A DNA stretch of 64,000 bases from a candidate division WOR-3 bacterium (GCA_016926475.1 JAFGON010000073.1:9942-73941); one strand, 5' to 3'. Shown: positions 1-8,938, counted from the first letter of the stretch. The notes: generated by a model not told the origin, from the sequence alone. Made by a program: numbers and translations.

Positions 1-52
1 AGTTGACTTCAGTTGAGGGTTAAAAGACTCTCGCAAAAGACAAGGAGGACTA

Positions 53-892
53 ATGGCAGAGGTAATCAACGTCGGGTGCAAAACTCCAGCGAATGTCGCA
101 GAAACACTTTCAAGGACTACTTGTGTCCAAAAGACGGCAGCTTCCAACTGGAAGCTCATTATTTTGGGAATTTTTGCCGGTGTCTATATCGGATTCGGAG
201 CTTCGATAGCGACATTGGTCGCCTCGGACTCGGCAAAATTTTTCGGTGTTGGAATGGGCAAATTTTTCACGGGGGCGGTTTTCAGCGTTGGACTCATGCT
301 CGTCGTCATAGCCGGAGCGGAACTCTTCACGGGAAACAACCTCATGCTAATGAGCGCTCTGGACAAAAAAGTTTCAATCTTTAAAGTTCTGTTCAAATGG
401 CTCGTGGTCTATTTGGCGAATTTTATCGGTTCTGTTCTTCTCGCGTATCTTATTTATTTAAGCGGTCTTTGGAAAGGCGGAGAATTTTTAACCGGCATCA
501 CAGCTATTAAAATCGCATCCGCGAAAGTCAGTCTTCCCTGGGTTGAAGCTTTTGTAAGAGGCATTCTCTGCAACATACTCGTATGCCTGGCAGTCTGGAT
601 GGCTCTAGCCGCAACCAACGTAATCGGAAAAATTTTCGCGATATTTTTCCCGATAATGACATTCGTAGCCATGGGTTTTGAGCACAGCATCGCCAACATG
701 TATTTTATTCCTCTGGGTCTTTTCCTCAAAGGAACAGCAGCAGCAGGGGCTTCAGGGCTCGACTTGAGCACATTGACGTGGGCTTCTTTCTTTATCAAAA
801 ATTTGATCCCCGTCACTCTCGGCAACATCGTTGGTGGAGCGGGATTTGTCGGTGCCCTGTATTGGATGGTTTACGTAAAAGACAATAAATGA
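53..892 (+). CDS. focA: Formate/nitrite transporter (FNT family)
   Basis: 279 aa polytopic protein with FNT signatures (AELFTGNN, GFEHSIANMY). AAGGAGGA RBS 4 nt upstream of the ATG. Sits next to formate dehydrogenase genes. Confidence 0.9.
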   Translation: MAEVINVGCKTPANVAETLSRTTCVQKTAASNWKLIILGIFAGVYIGFGASIATLVASDSAKFFGVGMGKFFTGAVFSVGLMLVVIAGAELFTGNNLMLMSALDKKVSIFKVLFKWLVVYLANFIGSVLLAYLIYLSGLWKGGEFLTGITAIKIASAKVSLPWVEAFVRGILCNILVCLAVWMALAATNVIGKIFAIFFPIMTFVAMGFEHSIANMYFIPLGLFLKGTAAAGASGLDLSTLTWASFFIKNLIPVTLGNIVGGAGFVGALYWMVYVKDNK

Positions 893-1467
893 AGAGCAGC
901 GCTGCTGTTATTCTCGCCGGTGGAAAAAGCACCCGGTTCGGGAGTGACAAAGCTTTTGCAAAATTCGGGGACTCGACTCTGGTCGAGTCCGTTTTCTACT
1001 GCCTGAAAAAAATCTTTGAAAATATAATAATCGTCACAAATAACCCCGGGCATTTTCCACGTTTCGATGCATTGATTGTCAAAGATAGAGTCGCCGGCAA
1101 AGGTCCTTTAGGAGGTATCTATACGGGACTAAAAATGTCAATTTCACCCAGAATATTCGTTTTTGCATGCGATATGCCTTTTTTAAATGAAGGTTTTATC
1201 AATTACATGATTTCTATAGATAAAGGAGATGTAATCGTTCCGAAAATCGGCTGTTTCACGGAGCCACTGCACGCAATATACTCATTATCATGCCTTGAAC
1301 ACATTGAAAAACAGCTTCTTGTAAACGATAACAAGATCCAGAATTTTTTTGGAAAAGTTGACACGGTTTATATAGCGGAAAAAACATCGAGAAAATTTGA
1401 TCCGGAACTTAAAATGTTTTTTAATATCAATGAAAAAAAAGATATCACCAGGATCATCAATGTATAA
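889..1467 (+). CDS. mobA: Molybdenum cofactor guanylyltransferase
   Basis: AVILAGGKSTRFGSDKAF, GPLGGIYTGL and ACDMPF motifs. ATGA start/stop overlap with focA. Confidence 0.85.
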   Translation: MKSSAAVILAGGKSTRFGSDKAFAKFGDSTLVESVFYCLKKIFENIIIVTNNPGHFPRFDALIVKDRVAGKGPLGGIYTGLKMSISPRIFVFACDMPFLNEGFINYMISIDKGDVIVPKIGCFTEPLHAIYSLSCLEHIEKQLLVNDNKIQNFFGKVDTVYIAEKTSRKFDPELKMFFNINEKKDITRIINV

Positions 1468-2212
1468 AAAAATCCAAATTACAAGGTTTGACCTGCGAAC
1501 AGGAGAAAGCAAGCTGGAAGACAGAATCATAGTCGAATCTGTCCTCAGGATTTTCATCAACGGATCCCACTTCTCATCCCTTGTCTGCACTCCATCTTTC
1601 GTCGAAGAGCTTGCTGTAGGCAACCTTTTTTCGGAGGGATTCATAGAAGATTCGGAAGAAATATCTTCCGTCAGGAAGAGCGAAGAAGGGACATCGGTTT
1701 TTGTTGATCTTAAAAAAGCGACTGACCATTCATTCGCCGATAATGAATTTATAATAACTTCCGGATGCGGCAGGTCTTCCACAGCATCATTCGATTTCGA
1801 GGGAGAGATAAAAAAAAATCAGACTCCAGGAGACGTCAACCCGATATTCATTCTCTCACTTTTCAGAGAATTCCATGAAAAATCCGTTTTATTCTCCCAG
1901 ACGGGGGGTGTCCATTCAGCGGCTCTCTGTGATGAAAACGGGATAATTTCGTTCATGGATGACATAGGCAGGCATAACGCGGTCGATAAAATCATCGGCA
2001 GATCTCTTTTACAGGGGGAAAAAGGCGAAAACAAGTTTTTAATATTTTCCGGAAGAATTTCATCTGAAATCTTTCTCAAAGCTCACAGATTCGGAGTCTA
2101 TATGATAGCGTCGCGTTCAGCGCCTACAGACAGATCCGTTGATATGGCGAAGGCTTCAAACATCAGACTCATAGGCTTTGCAAGAGGTCAAACACTAAAT
2201 TTATATAACTGA
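1460..2212 (+). CDS. fdhD: Formate dehydrogenase accessory sulfurtransferase FdhD
   Basis: GGVHSAAL and GRHNAVDK motifs. I place the start at the internal ATG 1460, which overlaps the mobA stop (ATGTATAA), not at the longer track ORF start 1397. Confidence 0.88.
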   Translation: MYKKIQITRFDLRTGESKLEDRIIVESVLRIFINGSHFSSLVCTPSFVEELAVGNLFSEGFIEDSEEISSVRKSEEGTSVFVDLKKATDHSFADNEFIITSGCGRSSTASFDFEGEIKKNQTPGDVNPIFILSLFREFHEKSVLFSQTGGVHSAALCDENGIISFMDDIGRHNAVDKIIGRSLLQGEKGENKFLIFSGRISSEIFLKAHRFGVYMIASRSAPTDRSVDMAKASNIRLIGFARGQTLNLYN

Positions 2213-2251
2213 AAATACGGCGTTTTCTGACTGCTGCTTCGCCGTATTTTC
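2211..2251. terminator. Bidirectional intrinsic terminator between convergent fdhD and the FDH operon
   Basis: 12-bp perfect stem gaaaatacggcg / cgccgtattttc with a 17-nt loop. A/T runs sit on both sides. It lies in the 60-bp gap between convergent genes. Confidence 0.65.
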
Positions 2252-2272
2252 CTGCCGGTTGTCTTTTCTGGC

Positions 2273-3091
2273 CTATTCCATGTCCAACAGATTTAGTTCA
2301 GCCTGGGTGAAAACAGGCCCGTCTGTGCAGCAGTACTTGTGTCCGATAAGACAATGCCCGCACTTTCCGATTCCGCACTTCATGTGCATTTCCATTGTCG
2401 TAATAATGTCTTCAGGTCTCATTTGCTTTTCTTCAAGAGTCATATTCGTGAATTTTATCATTATGGGAGGGCCACAGACATAGGCTACGGTCCTCGACGC
2501 GTCGAACTGAACTTTCTCGAAAAGTTTGGTTACAACTCCGACGCTTCCTTTCCAACTTTCATCTGGGCTGTCCACAGTTCTCAATACTTCGACGTCATCG
2601 TATTTTGCCCATCTTGCCATTTCATCATCATAGACGCACTCGGCTGGGCATTTAGCTCCATAGAGTATCCATATCTTCCCGTACTTTTCGCGATTGTTGA
2701 AAACGGCGTTCATGACAGACCTTAAAGGCAATAGACCTATACCTCCAGCGACAAAAAGAACGTCTTTTCCTTCGTATTCCTTCCATGGAAAAGAGTTTCC
2801 ATAAGGACCTCTGACAAAAAATTCTTGCCCGTCCTTCAGATCATGCAGGGCGTCAGTCAGCGTTCCCACTTTTCTGACAGCTATTTCAAGATTGTCCCCT
2901 CTTTCGCAAGTTGAAGTGATTGATATGGGAGCTTCGCCTTTTCCGAAAATGGACACTTGAACAAACTGTCCCGGTTTCCAGGCAAAAGGCTGTCCGTCCT
3001 TGAATTCCAGTGTGTAGTGTTTTACGTCGAAAACCAGATCATTTACTTTTTTTATTTTTACCGCTCGGGGTAGATATTCATTTTTTTCCAT
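2273..3091 (-). CDS. FAD/NAD(P)-binding oxidoreductase with C-terminal 2Fe-2S (sulfhydrogenase gamma / AsrB / PyrK-like)
   Basis: 272 aa. Ferredoxin-reductase-type fold motifs (GPYG, FVAGGIGLLPL) and a C-terminal CGIGKCGHC...C cluster motif. AAGGGAG RBS. Confidence 0.8.
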   Translation of the reverse strand: MEKNEYLPRAVKIKKVNDLVFDVKHYTLEFKDGQPFAWKPGQFVQVSIFGKGEAPISITSTCERGDNLEIAVRKVGTLTDALHDLKDGQEFFVRGPYGNSFPWKEYEGKDVLFVAGGIGLLPLRSVMNAVFNNREKYGKIWILYGAKCPAECVYDDEMARWAKYDDVEVLRTVDSPDESWKGSVGVVTKLFEKVQFDASRTVAYVCGPPIMIKFTNMTLEEKQMRPEDIITTMEMHMKCGIGKCGHCLIGHKYCCTDGPVFTQAELNLLDME

Positions 3092-3103
3092 TATATCGCT
3101 CCC

Positions 3104-4144
3104 TTACATTAAAGACTGAAATACTTCTTTTATGTCGATTTTTACCGGACACGAATCATAACACCTCCCGCAACCAACACACCCAGTATCACCGAATTTC
3201 AATTTATCCCATAATATCTTACAGTAGTAACGGTTGCGTGTACGTTGTTCTTTTCTTTCTTTTGGATTGTGTCCTCCGGCCATCCTAAAATATCCGCTTA
3301 AAATACAGGAGTCGATTACCCTCATCCTCAAGCCTTTGTCGTCTTTTTGCAGGTCTTTCACATTGAAACAAGTGCATGTAGGACAGACATAATTACAGGC
3401 TCCGCATGACAGACATCTGTCTGTTATTTCTTCGAGAACTTTTTCTTTCACAGGATTTGACATCATATTTTCGAGAGCTATCTCCTTTGTGAAATTTGTG
3501 GCCACCGGCAAAGTCATGGCTTTTTCTTTTTTGGATTCCCAAAGTTTCACTTCATCGGTTTTAGCTTGCCTGAATAGAGAAGAGTTTTCTGAAATTAAAA
3601 AACTCCCCTTTTCACTGCCGACATTGACAAAATAATCCCCGTTTTCCATATCGGTCAATTGAAGATCAAATCCATTTTCTGCAAACGGTCCTGTTTTCAT
3701 AGTAGCGCAGAAACAACTCTCAGAAGGAGGAGTCAGGCACGCCATGGTTATTAAAGTCAATTTTTCTCTCGCTCTATTGTAATAAAAGTCTATGAATTCG
3801 CGTTTTGAGAAAAAATTATCCGTGTATTTTATCGCGGCCGCGTCACAATTCGGCAAACCAAACAATACAGTCTCTTCTGTTTGGTCAACACTCCTGAGCT
3901 TGGTCGTATTCCCCACTTTTTCAAATTCTATCATCGGTTCAATTTGCCCGAACAAAACTTCCCTCGCTGAAGGCATTAAAGGTTTGTGGGCTTTTAGAAG
4001 TATGTTATGTTCCTCTTCTACGGGCAGAAAAGCTACATCACCAAACTCATTTTTTTGCATGGCAAAAACTTTAGAGTTCTTTCTCATACCGGAGACAAAT
4101 TTGAGAAGGTTCTCTTTCGAGATAATCAATCTATCGGCAGCCAT
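3104..4144 (-). CDS. 4Fe-4S dicluster protein (sulfhydrogenase beta / AsrA-like)
   Basis: 346 aa with CLSCGACNYVCPTCTC and CVGCGRCYDSCP ferredoxin motifs. The start overlaps the fdhA stop by 1 nt (TAATG). Confidence 0.75.
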   Translation of the reverse strand: MAADRLIISKENLLKFVSGMRKNSKVFAMQKNEFGDVAFLPVEEEHNILLKAHKPLMPSAREVLFGQIEPMIEFEKVGNTTKLRSVDQTEETVLFGLPNCDAAAIKYTDNFFSKREFIDFYYNRAREKLTLITMACLTPPSESCFCATMKTGPFAENGFDLQLTDMENGDYFVNVGSEKGSFLISENSSLFRQAKTDEVKLWESKKEKAMTLPVATNFTKEIALENMMSNPVKEKVLEEITDRCLSCGACNYVCPTCTCFNVKDLQKDDKGLRMRVIDSCILSGYFRMAGGHNPKERKEQRTRNRYYCKILWDKLKFGDTGCVGCGRCYDSCPVKIDIKEVFQSLM

Positions 4145-6195
4145 TAGTTCTCACCTCCGATTTTAACAGCGCAAATCTTATATTCAGGTATCTTTGCGAC
4201 GGGATCGAGCGCGTTGTTGGTCAGTTTGTTCACCGACTGCTCGGCAAAATGAAATGGTATAAATATGGTTCCTGGTTTTGTCATATCAACTACTTTTGCT
4301 TTGACGCGGATATCGCCTCTTCTCGATGAAACCCTGACTTCGCTTCCATTTTTGATCGAATATTTTTTTGCGTCTTCAGGATTTATTTCAACATAACATT
4401 CAGGAACTTCTCTTTCGAGGGTAGATGTTCTCTTCGTAAGAGTTCTTGTATGGTAGTGATAATATGTTCGCCCTGTGGTAAGGACAAGAGGGTATTCATC
4501 ATCCGGCAATTCCGCGGGTTCTTTGAATTCTATCGCAGTGAAAAGCCCTTTGCCTCTTGAAAACTTTCCGTCTTTGTGCAGATAAGGAGTTCCGGGGTGT
4601 TCAGCAGTCGGACATGGCCACTGAAGTCCGAAGTTTTCTGACAGTCTTTCAAAACTCATCCCATGGTAACTTGGCGTTAAAACAGCTATTTCGGAAAATA
4701 TTTCTTGGGCAGTTTTGTATTTCATTTTGTATCCGCACTTCTCGGCTAAATCGCAGATTATCTCCCAGTCTTGTTTGGCCTCTCCCGGAGGATCAATAGC
4801 TTTCCTGACTAGCTGGACTCTTCTCTCGGTATTTGTAAAAGTCCCGTCTTTTTCTGCGAAACTCGCACCGGGTAGAACCACATCTGCCATCTGGGCAGTC
4901 TCTGTCATGAATATGTCCTGAACTATCAGAAAATCCAGGGATTTTAAACCTTTCTCAACGTGGGCAATATTCGGATCAGATACCATTGGATTCTCACCGA
5001 GAACATAAAGAACTTTAAGTTTGCCGTCTATAGCCAAATCAGGCATGTCTGTAACTGTCGTGCCAATTTCTCCTGAAAGGTCATCAACACACCATGCTTT
5101 TTCAAATTTATCCTTGATCTTTGGATCAGACACCGGTTGATAACCGGGATATACATTGGGAAGACCTCCCATATCACAAGCGCCTTGAACGTTGTTCTGC
5201 CCTCTCAATGGATTGACCCCAGTGCCTGGTTTCCCTATATTTCCAGTCAACATAGCAAGATTCGCGCAAGATTTGACATTGTCCACACCAGTTGTGTGCT
5301 GTGTTATACCCATGCAGTAGAGTATCGCGGATTTTTTGCTTCTAGCGTAAATCCTCGCGGATTCAGCAAGATCTTTTGCGGGGATACCGGTAATTTTTTC
5401 AACGTATTCAGGAGTATATTTCTTTACGGTATTTTTCAATTCTTCAAAGTTTTCAGTGAAATTCAATGTGTATTCCTTATCTTCGAGACCTTCATCTATT
5501 ATGACATTCATCATCCCGTTGATAAGGGCTACATCTGTACCAATTCTATGTCGTAAATGGTATTTTGCGTGTTTTGAGAGCTGAATGTTCCTTGGATCGG
5601 CGAGAATAAGGGTCGCTTTCCCATTTTTTACGGAATTGATTATTCTCGATGCTACAAGAGGATGCTGTTCAGTGGTGTTGGAACCGGTGACGAAAAATAC
5701 TTCGGTATCTTCGAATTCCGTCACTGAATTCGTCATAGCGCCCGAACCCAATGTCGCGGCGAGACCCGCCACGGTAGAAGAGTGTCAAAGCCGAGCGCAA
5801 TGATCTACGTTGTTTGTCTTGAAAACCGCTCTTGCGAATTTTTGAAGAATGTAGTTCTCTTCATTAGTGCATTTTGCCGATGCGAAAAAAGCGAGGCTTT
5901 TCGAACCAAACCTTTCAAAATGCTCCTTCATTTTTCCAGAGACGAGATTAAGAGCTTCTTCCCATGTAGCCTTTCGGAATTTTCCATTCTCTTTTATTAA
6001 AGGTTCAGTCAACCTATCCGGATGCTGGACAAATTCCGCGGCATTCCACCCTTTTACGCAAAGGCTTCCTTTGTTTACCGGGTGCTCTCTGCTTGGATAG
6101 ACACCGTTTATCCTGCCGTCTCTAACTTTGAAGTAAAATCCGCAACCACATCCGCAATAGATACATGTAGTCAATACCCTCTTTTCACTAGACAA
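4144..6195 (-). CDS. fdhA: Formate dehydrogenase catalytic subunit (Mo/W bis-MGD), selenocysteine-containing
   Basis: The track splits this gene into 5785..6195 and 4144..5772. The two ORFs are in frame and joined by one TGA (5785-5787) in the conserved context VDHCARL-U-HSSTVAGL...GSGAMTNS. N-terminal CxxCxxxC 4Fe-4S motif. TTG start preceded by AAGGAGGG. Confidence 0.9.
5755..5773 (-). promoter_or_regulatory. Putative bacterial SECIS hairpin for the fdhA UGA
   Basis: RNA CGUGGCG[GGUCU]CGCCGCG: a 7-bp stem with a GGUCU apical loop, starting 11 nt 3' of the UGA. My recollection is that E. coli fdhF has a similar spacing and GGUC loop. Confidence 0.7.
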
Positions 6196-6252
6196 AAACC
6201 CTCCTTATCTCTTTTTATGTTTTTAGTTGTATATGTATAGCAGTTTTTTCTC

Positions 6253-6281
6253 ATTTTAACGGTTATTATTCTCTGTGTCAA
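6253..6281 (-). promoter_or_regulatory. Sigma-70-like promoter for the FDH operon
   Basis: On the minus strand: TTGACA, 17 nt, TAAAAT. It lies about 55 nt upstream of the fdhA TTG start. Confidence 0.5.
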
Positions 6282-6828
6282 ACTTTAGCATTTTAATCCT
6301 AAAAACCAACTTTTAGACATCTAACTTTTTTTGGAAGCATTAAAATATTCAATCTGAAGGAAGGGTGTTTCAAGAAACCTGATATCCGTTCAGGTTTTTC
6401 CGCGGGTATAAGAGAAAGACCAGGAATCCCTTCTCTAAAAATCGACCTCAGGCAGATGGTCGAAGGCGTTAGGCCCGTTAAATGAGAGCTCAACGTGCTT
6501 GCAGTCGGCATGCTGAAACCTTTCCCTCACATATATTCCATTTTCGAAACCAAGACCTTTTCAAAAGCTTTAGACATAAAAAAGAATATGGCAAAGTTTG
6601 CGGATTTATGAAAGGGCGCAACCATGAAAACGTCTTTTATAGATCGTCAGAAAACATACAGTACTCCCAAGAAAGTTAAAGAACTCGACGATTTTTATCG
6701 TGTCCGGAAAAGGTCTGGGAAACAGTGCGTTCGAATATTTAATTAAAGCTATTGAGACCATATATTGCGTGGAAAAATCATCTGGATTAAATTGAACATT
6801 GGAACAAAGGATCTTTATCTCTGAAAAC

Positions 6829-7173
6829 TCAGAACACTATCACGTCGGCGAGTTTCCTCGCCATCTCGGAACTCTTTTTAGAAAAAGCGCAATCTCCTTC
6901 GATAAAAATTGATACATGAGGGTTGATATATTTCAGCGCTGAATTGCTCTCTATAATCAGATAATCAGTTTCATTTTCCCTTGCGAGATCAACCACGTGA
7001 TGAATTCCTCTGTTTAAATCAGTGAAAAGTTTTTCAGGTCTATCGGGATTCGTCCTACCGTGCCCGAATTTAATGATCTTTGTCTTTTCCTTTGGAAGCT
7101 TTTGAAGCAAGAGTCTCGCCGTGGTCGTCTTTCCAACTTTGCTGCATGCGCCAGAAACTGTGATGATAATCAT
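6829..7173 (-). CDS. Small P-loop NTPase, MobB-like (tentative)
   Basis: 114 aa. Walker A-like GACSKVGKTT at the N-terminus followed by KIIKFGHG, reminiscent of MobB. The assignment is weak. Confidence 0.55.
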   Translation of the reverse strand: MIIITVSGACSKVGKTTTARLLLQKLPKEKTKIIKFGHGRTNPDRPEKLFTDLNRGIHHVVDLARENETDYLIIESNSALKYINPHVSIFIEGDCAFSKKSSEMARKLADVIVF

Positions 7174-7183
7174 TCGGAACTTA

Positions 7184-7375
7184 TCAGGTAAAACAGCCTA
7201 ATTGACAGGAAACTATTTTAATTTTCAGACGATTACAGTATCTGCCGATTTCTTTTACATCCACACCCAGTTCTGATGCGGCTTCGAAAGCTTTCGAGCA
7301 TTCGATGCATTCTTTGTTGTCTCTCATGATCATTTTTCGCCTTATTGTTGTTTCAATTTCTTCAGGAACCATCAA
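7184..7375 (-). CDS. Small cysteine-motif protein, unknown function
   Basis: 63 aa with CxxC (CIEC) plus C-terminal CQLGC. Tightly packed between the flanking genes. I recognise no family. Confidence 0.5.
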   Translation of the reverse strand: MMVPEEIETTIRRKMIMRDNKECIECSKAFEAASELGVDVKEIGRYCNRLKIKIVSCQLGCFT

Positions 7376-7394
7376 ATCCTCTTTTCATTAGCGA

Positions 7395-8453
7395 TCAGGT
7401 AATTAAAGTAAAATTTCTGCTCGCTAAATACTTAATAAGATTGTCTATATGGTTTTCCAATTCACTCGCCACGCCAAGATAAGCCTCGTAGTCCTTTCCA
7501 TATGGGTCCGCCACGTGTGTTTTTTTATGTGAAAACTCCGAAATGAGTTTCGTCTTGCCCTGACCTCCCGACTTCTGGACTTTTTTCTGAATTTTTGCGT
7601 CCATAGTCAATATCAGGTCAGCCTCTTCAATGTCTTTTTTGCAGATTTTTTTTGGTTTGCCGGAAATATCAACTCCGTATTTTTCCTTTATGACCCTTAA
7701 AGTTTTATCTGAATAGACAAAGCTTTTATTGTCCACCTTCAAGCCAGCCGAACTGACGTTTAATTTTATGTCTGTTTTTGTTGATTTAAGTTTTAGAATA
7801 TATTCAGCCATAGGGCTTCTGCATGTATTGCCTTCACATACAAAACATATAGACAGAGGCTCATTAGTCTGATATTTGATGTCCATCGAAGTCAGATCGC
7901 CCAGGACAAAAGGACTTATTTCACCTTTCCTCAAAACAGTCATCTTTTTGCCTGTTGTCTCTATGACAGTCGATGCAGGTTTCGCCGGAAGAGATTTGGT
8001 CTTGTTCAGAAAGTGGAATTCTTCCTTTGAGAACATGGAAGACAGATGAGATAGATCCGCTGGATTGTTTTCCCCCGAAATATTCGCCGAAGTTGCGGGC
8101 ATAATATCCAAAGCCTTGATAATATCCAAAGGAGCGGGTTTTTTGGGTACTCTAACGGCAATTTTACCGTTTTCGTCAACCAGATGTTCCGGGACCTTTT
8201 TGGAAGCTTTTCCGACAACAGTCAGTGAACCAGGCCAATACTTCTGGGTCAAACCGTAAATACGAGGGTTGAAATTGTCGAAAAGCCTGTATGCCCTGTC
8301 AATAGAATATGTCAGTATAGGTACCCTTTTGTCAGGATTTCTTTTTTTCAGTTTTAAAACTTTTTCATAAGCTTCCTTGCTTTCCGGGCTGAATGCAAAA
8401 CCCCAGACAGTGTCTGTTGGTATCAAAACAACTTTTCCGGAAAGAAACGCCAA
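7395..8453 (-). CDS. Fusion protein: L-threonylcarbamoyladenylate synthase (YrdC/TsaC domain) + low-molecular-weight phosphatase (LMW-PTP/YwlE-like)
   Basis: The N-terminal half has the YrdC-type motif (LIPTDTVWGFAF). The C-terminal half has the CX5R P-loop (VCEGNTCRSPMAE) and a DPYG motif typical of LMW-PTPs. Confidence 0.85.
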   Translation of the reverse strand: MAFLSGKVVLIPTDTVWGFAFSPESKEAYEKVLKLKKRNPDKRVPILTYSIDRAYRLFDNFNPRIYGLTQKYWPGSLTVVGKASKKVPEHLVDENGKIAVRVPKKPAPLDIIKALDIMPATSANISGENNPADLSHLSSMFSKEEFHFLNKTKSLPAKPASTVIETTGKKMTVLRKGEISPFVLGDLTSMDIKYQTNEPLSICFVCEGNTCRSPMAEYILKLKSTKTDIKLNVSSAGLKVDNKSFVYSDKTLRVIKEKYGVDISGKPKKICKKDIEEADLILTMDAKIQKKVQKSGGQGKTKLISEFSHKKTHVADPYGKDYEAYLGVASELENHIDNLIKYLASRNFTLIT

Positions 8454-8479
8454 GAAAGCCTTAAGAGTGTTGCATTCAA

Positions 8480-8938
8480 TCAGTTTCGTAGAAAGCTCTC
8501 CCTGTATTCAGATAATCTTTTCTTTAAATCTTCATCGAAAAGAGCCAAAATCTCGACTGCGAGAATAGCGGCGTTTTTCGCTCCAGCATTGTCCAGGCTC
8601 ATAGTCGCGACCGGAATGCCCGAGGGCATTTGAACAGTGGAAAGAATGCTGTCAATTCCTTTGAGTGGAGACGAGCTCACAGGTACGGCTATCACAGGTA
8701 AAATACTCCAGCTAGCGACAACTCCTCCGAGATGAGCGGCGTAACCCGCTATTGTAATTATTACTTTAAAACCTCTCGATTGTGCGTTCTTAGCCAATTC
8801 CGCGGTTTTTTCTGGCGTCCTGTGCGCCGACGAGATCTCGAAAACGCTTTCTACGCCGAATGTTTTTAAAGTTTCTATGACAGTGTCAGCTATTTCACTG
8901 TCGGATTTTGAACCGGCTATCACGAGGACTTCAGTCAT
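8480..8938 (-). CDS. purE: N5-carboxyaminoimidazole ribonucleotide mutase
   Basis: 152 aa. GSKSD, SAHRTP and IAGYAAHLGGVVAS motifs. Confidence 0.9.
   Translation of the reverse strand: MTEVLVIAGSKSDSEIADTVIETLKTFGVESVFEISSAHRTPEKTAELAKNAQSRGFKVIITIAGYAAHLGGVVASWSILPVIAVPVSSSPLKGIDSILSTVQMPSGIPVATMSLDNAGAKNAAILAVEILALFDEDLKKRLSEYRESFLRN

Noticed and set aside
6300-6830. Known RNA genes in the large spacer (tRNA-Sec, SRP/4.5S RNA, RNase P RNA, tmRNA, TPP or c-di-GMP riboswitch)
   Set aside because: By eye there is no T-arm (GGTTCGA-type) or UCA anticodon loop, no SRP GGAA tetraloop motif, no GAGGAAAGUCC P4 motif and no tmRNA tag frame. There are only fragmentary resemblances (AACCUGA, GGCCUAA). 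Infernal is needed for a real answer.
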